The position numbers were made by a program, and so were the translations under genes. 16,896 nucleotides of DNA from an uncultured Thermoplasmata archaeon (GTDB taxonomy: Archaea; Thermoplasmatota; Thermoplasmata; Halarchaeoplasmatales; Halarchaeoplasmataceae), in assembly GCA_964399335.1 (NCBI GenBank), contig CAYNQI010000022.1:1-16896 (forward strand), in the 5' to 3' direction. Below, piece by piece: positions 7,805 through 14,890 of this stretch; position 1 is the stretch's first letter, and each line of letters opens with the position of its first letter. The notes below the pieces were generated by a model. The model was given only the letters and a program-made list of their open reading frames with translations. It did no database searches and was not told the DNA's origin.

Positions 7805-8422
7805 ATGAAAGATGCGGAAAGGGCTTCAAAAACCTTCGACGAGATAGCTCAACATTTTGATAAAACAAGGAATAGACCATGGAGAGAAGTGGTCCGATTC
7901 TTGAAAGAGATCGAAGGGAGAGTTATAGACTTGGGATGTGGAAATGGTCGCCATACTTTAGCCGCTAAAGATTTAGGACTGGACTTTGTTTGTGTCGATG
8001 CATCTATTAAACTTCTAAAAATAGCTAGGAACAAAACTGAAAATAAAGGTTTTTATGTAAGATCTGGTTTGAAAAAGCTCCCTTTTAGAGACGGGTCATT
8101 CGATAATTCGATATACATAGCCGCCATCCATCATTTGAGTAATGGAAGAGTAAAAAGTTTAGAGGAGTCAAAAAGAATTCTGAAAGACGGCGGTAAGATA
8201 TTGATATCATCTTGGGCTAGAGAACAAGAAAGATGGGACTTAGAAGAGGATGAAAGTGATATCATAGTTCCCTGGAATAAACCCGATGGTACGGTCATTG
8301 ATAGGTTTTATCATTTGTATAGATTATGTGAACTAGCAGATGATGTTGAAGAAAGTGGTCTAAAAGTTTTAAAGAAGTTTAGATCTAAAGGTAATAATTA
8401 CGTGATAGCACAGAAATCTTGA
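7805..8422 (+). CDS. Class I SAM-dependent methyltransferase, Trm9/ALKBH8-like
   Basis: FDEIAQHFDKTRNRPW, IDLGCGNGRH (motif I), LPFRDGSFD, IAAIHHL, IIVPW, RFYHLY resemble the Trm9 signatures; ATG 7805 preferred over TTG 7796. Confidence 0.8.
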   Translation: MKDAERASKTFDEIAQHFDKTRNRPWREVVRFLKEIEGRVIDLGCGNGRHTLAAKDLGLDFVCVDASIKLLKIARNKTENKGFYVRSGLKKLPFRDGSFDNSIYIAAIHHLSNGRVKSLEESKRILKDGGKILISSWAREQERWDLEEDESDIIVPWNKPDGTVIDRFYHLYRLCELADDVEESGLKVLKKFRSKGNNYVIAQKS

Positions 8423-8442
8423 TTTTAAACAGATTTTAGTGG

Positions 8443-8458
8443 ATAAAAAACTTATATA
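8443..8458 (+). promoter_or_regulatory. BRE/TATA promoter of the SRP RNA
   Basis: ATAAAAAAC followed by TTATATA (8452-8458), about 21 nt upstream of the predicted 5' end. Confidence 0.7.
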
Positions 8459-8478
8459 CCATGAAAGATTAGATGGAT

Positions 8479-8791
8479 TGCCAGGTCTAACCGGGACGTT
8501 CGGCGTGTCCTTATACACCGAAAACGTCGATACGCGGGGGTGACCGCCGAGGGCGGCGTAATCACCCCGCCGGTGAACCAGGTTCTGACGATGAGATCTC
8601 GTCCTACGGGATCAGAGGTGATATGGAGGTCAACCGGAGGGTTGGTCCTCTATATCTTTACTATGGATAGTGGGCCAGGCCCGGAAGGGAGCAGTCCTAC
8701 CATGGACTACTGATGCTCGGAGGATAGCGGGGTCGAGAAAGAACCTGGGTATCTCACCGTCGTGGTGAGCGCCCACCTCGGTGACCTGGCA
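8479..8791 (+). ncRNA. ffs: Archaeal signal recognition particle RNA (7S RNA)
   Basis: GC-rich island of about 313 nt. Helix 1 TGCCAGGTC (8479-8487) / GACCTGGCA (8783-8791); Alu loop-loop CGGCGT/ACGTCG; helix 5 CCAGGTTCT/AGAACCTGG; helix 6 with GGAG tetraloop; helix 8 CCAGGCCCGGAAGGGAGCAG. Confidence 0.97.
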
Positions 8792-8799
8792 CTTAATTT

Positions 8800-9669
8800 T
8801 CATTTATATTTTGAACATAAGTATATGGCAGAAAGTGTAATAGCTGCACCGACTAGCGTTAAAAATGGTGGTACTTCATTCAATATAAAAAAAGCGAGTA
8901 TAGATGCACCAACCGGTTCACCCAATAGACTAACGGAAACTATCCTTGCTTTAATATATTTCAAAGCCCAGTTATATAAGGTGTGTCCTAAAGTATGGGG
9001 GATTATAGCCATCAAGATAAATAAGATATATTCCCTTCTTGGATATATTCTAAATGTCGTAGAAAACCCGATTGAAAAAAGGCCGAGAAATATAGTTGTA
9101 AATAAATATACTAAAAATGCGTATGGGATCACAGACATTTCTCTTCTTATCTCTCTACCTCTTATGATATATCCTGCGACACCGAGCATACCGATTATAG
9201 CAAGTATATCTCCAAATAGAGCAGCTTCACTAATACGGTAATTAGATGATGTCATAATTATAATACCTACAAGAGCTAAAATTATTGCTAGATAGGCTTT
9301 TTTACTTGTTTTCTCACCTAAATACCAGTGTGAAATCCATGCTACTACCAAGGGATGGGCTGTGACTAATACTACTGATGAAGCTACTGATGTGTAACTA
9401 AGAGAGGATACCCAAGCAGCAAAATGAATCGATAATAATAATCCAGTACTCAACAATGCCAGCCATCTTTTCTTGGATATATTTTTGATTTCGGGGGCAT
9501 ATTTGGGTATGAATAAAGAGAGTATCAGTGTAGAAAACAATAACCTATGGAATGCAATAGATATAGGATGTGCATTAGATAACCTAATAAAGATCGAACC
9601 AAAAGAAACCGCGATAATGCAGATAGGTAAAATTGCTATAGCATCATCTTCAAATTTTTTTATAAACAT
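8800..9669 (-). CDS. EamA/DMT family transporter
   Basis: About 10 hydrophobic helices in two repeats; AVSFGSIFIR, IAFHRL, HFAAWVSSLSYTSVASSVVLV, GDILA, PHTLGHTLYNWAL, LGEPVGASILA. Confidence 0.92.
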   Translation of the reverse strand: MFIKKFEDDAIAILPICIIAVSFGSIFIRLSNAHPISIAFHRLLFSTLILSLFIPKYAPEIKNISKKRWLALLSTGLLLSIHFAAWVSSLSYTSVASSVVLVTAHPLVVAWISHWYLGEKTSKKAYLAIILALVGIIIMTSSNYRISEAALFGDILAIIGMLGVAGYIIRGREIRREMSVIPYAFLVYLFTTIFLGLFSIGFSTTFRIYPRREYILFILMAIIPHTLGHTLYNWALKYIKARIVSVSLLGEPVGASILAFFILNEVPPFLTLVGAAITLSAIYLCSKYK

Positions 9670-9793
9670 TTTTGCCTACATCCTTAAACAATTAAATTAA
9701 ATTTTCCTTGAATTATTTTCCCTTTTCACAAAATATATTTATAATTTAAACAACCATATCGGTATAGGGAAAACCATATTAGAGGCTGTTTAA

Positions 9794-11818
9794 ATGACAA
9801 AAGATATATCAGATAACAGTGACAGGGTTAAAATCAAAGAATTGCATGATGTTGCCGGCAAAATGAAAAAAGCCAATTCAGAAGATGAAATTTATGATAT
9901 CCTTATGGATGCATCTAGAAAAATATTAGATTTTTATGCATGTAGTATAGATATACTTAAAGGTGATAATTTCGAAGTAAAGGCAATGAGAGGGGGGGTA
10001 CAAGAAGAAGGAACAAGATATCCAGTAGAGGGTATAGCCGGAAAGACTGTTAAAAATTTCCGATCGTATTTGATCTCAGATATGGATCAAGAAGATGACG
10101 CAGTTCCTAAAAGGGAATCATACCGTTCTGCGATAAGTATACCTATCAGAGATATAGGAGTTTTTCAAGCGCTATCTGAAGAAATTAACCATTTCGATGA
10201 AAGAGACTTGGAACTTTCGGAGATATTAATGAACCACGCTGCAGAAGCGATTAAAAGATTAAGATCTGAAGAGAAACTGAAAGAAAAAAACAAGATTGTA
10301 AAAGAGCTACATGGTACTGCAATTAAGATGGGTGAAATTACAGATGAAGAAGAGATATATGAATATACCATAAATGCTGCAAAAAATGTACTTGAGTTCT
10401 ATGTGTGTAGTATCTTTATGGAAGAAAATGGAAATGGGTTAGTAGTTAAGGCAACATTAAGCGATGATTATGAGAAAGGTGATATTTTACCTTTGGGTGA
10501 TTCTATATATACTAAAACTTTCATGGAAAATAAATCATATATGGTTAATAATTTAGATGATTTTAAAGGTGCAAAGCCCTCGAGTAAAGAATTTAAATCG
10601 GTCATAAGTGTTCCTATCGGTGATATAGGCGTCTTTCAAGCGATATCTGATAAAGTAAATAATTTCGATGAAGACGATCTTGAATTGGCAGAACTACTGG
10701 TCTCTCATCTTTCTGAAACTATAAAGAGATTAAGGAATAAAAAGGAGTTAAGAGCATCAGAAAAGAGATATAGAGGAATATTCAATAATACAGGTGCAGC
10801 TAAAATCATTTTAGATGATGACTTGAAAATCGAATTGGTCAACAATGAATTTGAGAAATTATCAGGATATATAAAGAATGAATTAGAGGGTCACGTAAAA
10901 TTCCAGGATTTTTTGTTTGTAGAAGATCTAGATAAAATTAAACAGTTCATCGAAAAGTCTAAAAACGTATCTAAAAACATCTCAGAAAAATACGAATTTA
11001 GATTTATAGATAAGTTGGGAAACGTAAAAGAAACAATTTCAGCTATATCCAATATCCCTGGAACCGGTAAATACAATCTTTCTATTATGGATATCACCAA
11101 TTTCAAAATAGCTATGGATGAACTGAAAAAATCTGAAAAGAAATATCAAACTATCTTTGAAAAAAGTGGAACGGCTATGGTTAAAATACGGAAAGATACT
11201 GTGATTGAGATGGTCAATAACAAATTCGTAGAGATGTTTGGCTATACTAAAAAAGAGGTTGAAGGAAAAAAGAGTTGGACCGAGTTTGTTGTTGAAGATT
11301 ATTTACCAAAGATGGAGAGATATCATCGAAAACGGAGAAAAGATCCCAATTCTGTTCCTGCGAGCTATGAGTGTAAAGTTATAGATAAATCAGGAAAGAT
11401 GAGAAGGGTTCTACTTAATGTTAGTATGATACCTGAAACAGATAAAAGTTTAGTTTCTATGATAGATATCTCGAATAAAGAAGCGTCTGTTAATTTTGTA
11501 ACCACGTGGGATGAATTAGATATTGGATTGTTTATTTTGAATTCCGATGATAACGTAATAAAAGCTAATCGGAAGATCCTTGAAATATTTGATATCTCAG
11601 AAGAGGGTATAATCGGTAAGGATTACAAAAAAACCATACTATCTGATCTTGAAGACATTTTCAAAGATTTAAAGTCAGGAGAATCTAGATTTAGTATTGT
11701 AGAAAAAGGATTAAAAGATTCTAAAGGTGATAAATTTATAGCTGAGGTTAATCCATCACTAATTAAGAATAAAGATAACGATGAAAGTTATATACTATGT
11801 CAAATATCACATATCTGA
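9794..11818 (+). CDS. GAF-GAF-PAS-PAS-PAS sensor protein, no output domain
   Basis: Two GAF repeats ending S.ISIPI.DIGVFQA.S....FDE.DLEL.E.L..H; two PAS beginning SEK.Y..IF...G.A...VN..F....GY...E.EG and ending DIT/DIS; a final degenerate PAS (IGLFILNSDDNVIKANRKILEIF); no H-box or G-boxes. Confidence 0.85.
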   Translation: MTKDISDNSDRVKIKELHDVAGKMKKANSEDEIYDILMDASRKILDFYACSIDILKGDNFEVKAMRGGVQEEGTRYPVEGIAGKTVKNFRSYLISDMDQEDDAVPKRESYRSAISIPIRDIGVFQALSEEINHFDERDLELSEILMNHAAEAIKRLRSEEKLKEKNKIVKELHGTAIKMGEITDEEEIYEYTINAAKNVLEFYVCSIFMEENGNGLVVKATLSDDYEKGDILPLGDSIYTKTFMENKSYMVNNLDDFKGAKPSSKEFKSVISVPIGDIGVFQAISDKVNNFDEDDLELAELLVSHLSETIKRLRNKKELRASEKRYRGIFNNTGAAKIILDDDLKIELVNNEFEKLSGYIKNELEGHVKFQDFLFVEDLDKIKQFIEKSKNVSKNISEKYEFRFIDKLGNVKETISAISNIPGTGKYNLSIMDITNFKIAMDELKKSEKKYQTIFEKSGTAMVKIRKDTVIEMVNNKFVEMFGYTKKEVEGKKSWTEFVVEDYLPKMERYHRKRRKDPNSVPASYECKVIDKSGKMRRVLLNVSMIPETDKSLVSMIDISNKEASVNFVTTWDELDIGLFILNSDDNVIKANRKILEIFDISEEGIIGKDYKKTILSDLEDIFKDLKSGESRFSIVEKGLKDSKGDKFIAEVNPSLIKNKDNDESYILCQISHI

Positions 11819-11852
11819 AAAATCATTTAGGTGTGAACAGAGGGCATTAGAG

Positions 11853-13487
11853 ATGAAGCAAGATATAAACGATTATATGAACAAAAAAATTAAAGAATTA
11901 GGGTTATTTGAAGGAACTGAAAGTAGTGAAGATATTTTGAAACATACATGTGAGTTGATCTTCGAACATTCCTATGATATGATTTCTCTCTTAGACAAAG
12001 AATCAGTCCCTATATTTGTCAATAAGGCACACGAAAGAATTCTAGGATACGATAAAGAAGCTCTTCTTGGTAAACCTGCCCTTGAATTGTTCCATCCAGA
12101 AGATATTGAAACTGCCAAAAGTGAATGGCTCAAAGCCCTCGAAAAAAAAGAAAAAAGAGAAAAGATCCAGGGAAGATTCAAATCCAAAGACGGAAATTAT
12201 ATTTGGCTTGAGACACATCTTAAAACTTTAACTAATGAAGATGGTGATGTGTCACTTGTCTTATGCATTTCAAGGGATATATCTGATAAGGTTGAGGCTG
12301 AAAGAAAATTAAAAAGAAATAAAGAAAAAGTTGAAAGATTACATGATGTAGCTCATGAATTAGACATATGTAGAACTGAAGATGAAGTGTTTCATATATG
12401 TATGGATGCCGCTAAAAAGATATTGAATTTCGATTACATATCTACATTTAAAAAAGTCGAAGATGGATTCGAAGCCAAGGCAGTTTCCTATGAGATAAAG
12501 CCAAAATTAAAAGGAGAGATTTATAACAAAAATAATTATACTTGGCAAACATACATAACAGGGAAATCATACCTCGTTAATAACATCGATAAAAGAAACA
12601 GTCCAAAAGCTGGGCTTACAGAGTATAAATCTGGTTTGAGTATACCTATTGGAGAATACGGTGTTTTTCAAGCTCTTTCAAAGGAAAAGGATCGATACGA
12701 TGAAGACGATCTCGAATTGGCTGAATTATTGGTATCTCATATGAATCAAACGCTTAAAAGATTAGAATACCGGTCAAAGTTAAAAGAATCCGAGGAAAGA
12801 TATCGATCTATATTTGAAAATAACGGCTCTCCTACGATGATACTTGATGAAGATACTACCATTTCTATGGTTAACGAAGAAGTTGAAAAACTCACTGGAT
12901 TTTCTAAAGATGAAATCGAAGGAAAGATGAGTTTTAAAGATTTTCTAGTTAAAAGCGAAGTTGAAAAGGTGACCAGATATCATCATGTAAGAAGACATGA
13001 AAAGGATAGTGTTCCATCATTTTATGAATCAAAGATAGTCACAAAATTTGGAGATACTAGGGATTTATTGATCACTGTTGAAATGATGCCAAATTCAAGC
13101 AAAAGTATAGTCTCTGCTTTAGATATAACCAATTATAAAAAGAATCTTAGAGCATTGAGCGAAAGTGAGGAGGCTTTTAGAGTTGTATTCGATAAATCCC
13201 TTGTAGGGATGATGAAATTAGACACAGAGTTGGATATAATCGGTGTTAATGAAAAGTGTTGTCAATTGTTAGGATTACCTGAGGAGGAATTATTAAAACA
13301 AAACTTTACCGATCTTGTAAATAAAGAAAGTGTAGTCAACATTTTAAAAGAAGTAAAAAATGGTAAATCCAAAAATTTTGAACTAGATTTAGAAAATTAT
13401 GATGGTGGAGCGAAATTAAATATAACGGCTGACCCGATTACCAGCGTTGAACAAGAAACTAAATATATATTATTACAGTTGATGTAA
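11853..13487 (+). CDS. PAS/PAC-GAF-PAS-PAS sensor protein, no output domain
   Basis: Canonical PAS/PAC (FVNKAHERILGY..HPED..KDGNYIWLE..RDISD), then a GAF and two PAS. Start set at ATG 11853 (SD-like GAGGG at 11840-11844); the track's ATG 11781 overlaps the previous gene. Confidence 0.85.
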   Translation: MKQDINDYMNKKIKELGLFEGTESSEDILKHTCELIFEHSYDMISLLDKESVPIFVNKAHERILGYDKEALLGKPALELFHPEDIETAKSEWLKALEKKEKREKIQGRFKSKDGNYIWLETHLKTLTNEDGDVSLVLCISRDISDKVEAERKLKRNKEKVERLHDVAHELDICRTEDEVFHICMDAAKKILNFDYISTFKKVEDGFEAKAVSYEIKPKLKGEIYNKNNYTWQTYITGKSYLVNNIDKRNSPKAGLTEYKSGLSIPIGEYGVFQALSKEKDRYDEDDLELAELLVSHMNQTLKRLEYRSKLKESEERYRSIFENNGSPTMILDEDTTISMVNEEVEKLTGFSKDEIEGKMSFKDFLVKSEVEKVTRYHHVRRHEKDSVPSFYESKIVTKFGDTRDLLITVEMMPNSSKSIVSALDITNYKKNLRALSESEEAFRVVFDKSLVGMMKLDTELDIIGVNEKCCQLLGLPEEELLKQNFTDLVNKESVVNILKEVKNGKSKNFELDLENYDGGAKLNITADPITSVEQETKYILLQLM

Positions 13488-13506
13488 ACGGTAAGATGAG
13501 GGAAAT

Positions 13507-14673
13507 ATGATGGAAAATATAAAGATTGAAGGTGATGTTCGAGATAAAGATGTCAAAATCTTGATAATCGATGATAACCCCGATGATAGAGTATTGGCTA
13601 TCAGAGAATTAAAAAAGGAATTTAATGAACTTTCTGTCAAAGAAGTAATAAATAATTCTGAGTTTGAAAAGGCCTTAGACAAAGGAAAATTCGACTTAGT
13701 AATCACTGATTATAGATTAAGATGGACTGATGGTTTAGAGATTTTAAAAAAGATCAAATCAAAATACCCAAATATCCCTGTCGTCATGTTCACAGGCACT
13801 GGTACAGAGGAAGTTGCCGTACAGGCGATGAAGATTGGATTGGAGGATTATGTTGTAAAATCTCCTAAACATTTCATTAGACTACCTGTTTCTGTAAAAA
13901 AGGCACTTGAACAAAGGGAAGAACAGAAAAGAGCTAGAAAAGCAGTCGAGAAAAGTGAGCTCAAGTACAAGGCAATATTCGAAAACACTGGTACCAATAA
14001 TTTCATTTTTAGTGAAAATGGTATCATAGAAATAGTCAACAATCAATTCGAAAAGATAAGTGGGTATGCTAGGGATGAAATATCTGGAGAAATATCTTGG
14101 AGAAAATTTATTGTTGATGGTGATCATGAAAAATTTGAAGAATTTATCAGGTCTACTAAAGATGATGATAGTGAATCGCCTGAATATTTCAGTACATGTT
14201 TTATAAATCGATATAATGATAAAAGAAATGTATTGACCTCTCTAAATACCATCCCTAAAACAGACAAGATGGTATGTTCCATGCTTGATATTACAAAATA
14301 TAAAGAAACTATGAACGCTCTAACAGCTAGTGAAGAGATGTTCAGAGTAGCCTTCGAAAATTCACCGATAGGTATTATGTTGTTATCATTAGATCATGAA
14401 ATATTAGAGGTTAACCGATCTTTATGTGAAATGTTAGGGCTTTCAGAGGGCAAATTGATCGGTTCACAATGCAATGATATCATCAATACAGAGGACTTTA
14501 ATAAATTGAATGCGCAGCTAAATTCATTAAAGAAAAAAGAAAATAAAAAAATCGAGAAGGATATCCGTTTTGATATTGAAGGAAAAGATGATCTAGATTT
14601 TAAAATTACTTCTTCTATAATTGAAAATCCAAAAGGTCAACCTATTTACTATTTAATTCATGTAAAAGATTAA
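13507..14673 (+). CDS. Response regulator REC-PAS-PAS, no output domain
   Basis: Intact receiver: D22/D23, phosphoacceptor D68 (LVITDYRL), T96 (MFTGTG), K118 (DYVVK); followed by two PAS; SD GAGGGA upstream. Confidence 0.9.
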   Translation: MMENIKIEGDVRDKDVKILIIDDNPDDRVLAIRELKKEFNELSVKEVINNSEFEKALDKGKFDLVITDYRLRWTDGLEILKKIKSKYPNIPVVMFTGTGTEEVAVQAMKIGLEDYVVKSPKHFIRLPVSVKKALEQREEQKRARKAVEKSELKYKAIFENTGTNNFIFSENGIIEIVNNQFEKISGYARDEISGEISWRKFIVDGDHEKFEEFIRSTKDDDSESPEYFSTCFINRYNDKRNVLTSLNTIPKTDKMVCSMLDITKYKETMNALTASEEMFRVAFENSPIGIMLLSLDHEILEVNRSLCEMLGLSEGKLIGSQCNDIINTEDFNKLNAQLNSLKKKENKKIEKDIRFDIEGKDDLDFKITSSIIENPKGQPIYYLIHVKD

Positions 14674-14781
14674 TAATAAACTGTTCAAATCAATGAGTAT
14701 TTTCACACACAGGAAAATATTTATAAATTAAGTTTATCTACTCCTTCACTGATCCGTCCAAATGTTTTGGACAGTTAAAAT

Positions 14782-14854
14782 GCGGGTTTGGTGTAGTTTG
14801 GTATCACCTAGCCTTGCCAAGGCTATAACCGGGGTTCAAATCCCCGAACCCGCA
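14782..14854 (+). tRNA. tRNA-Gly(GCC), intronless, CCA not encoded
   Basis: Acceptor GCGGGTT/AACCCGC; anticodon stem TAGCC/GGCTA with loop TTGCCAA; T arm CGGGG-TTCAAAT-CCCCG; discriminator A 14854. Confidence 0.97.
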
Positions 14855-14855
14855 C

Positions 14856-14885
14856 TTTTCTTTTTAACTAAAATAAAAGAAAAAA
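14856..14885. terminator. Bidirectional oligo-T terminator region between the tRNA and the convergent gene
   Basis: TTTTCTTTTT right after the tRNA on +, and AAAAGAAAAAA (T-tract on -) just past the stop of the convergent ORF. Confidence 0.6.
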
Positions 14886-14890
14886 TAGGT

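Noticed and set aside
8537-8568. Apparent extra helix insertion in the SRP RNA
   Set aside because: Total length (about 313 nt) is normal and the same bases pair canonically with the 3' strand; kept only as an alternative-fold observation
8762-9241. 159-aa plus-strand ORF
   Set aside because: Overlaps the 3' end of the SRP RNA and is antisense to the DMT transporter
11781-11852. Possible +1 frameshift fusing sensor genes 1 and 2 (frames overlap; ..SHI* versus ..HISEK..)
   Set aside because: No slippery run at the junction, gene 2 has its own SD-like start at 11853, and all three paralogues end at the equivalent position. Not fully excluded without read or Ribo-seq data
14674-14890. tRNA-Gly as an integration site bounding the sensor cluster or surface gene as an island
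   Set aside because: No duplicated tRNA 3' end, no integrase, and no obvious compositional break within the window
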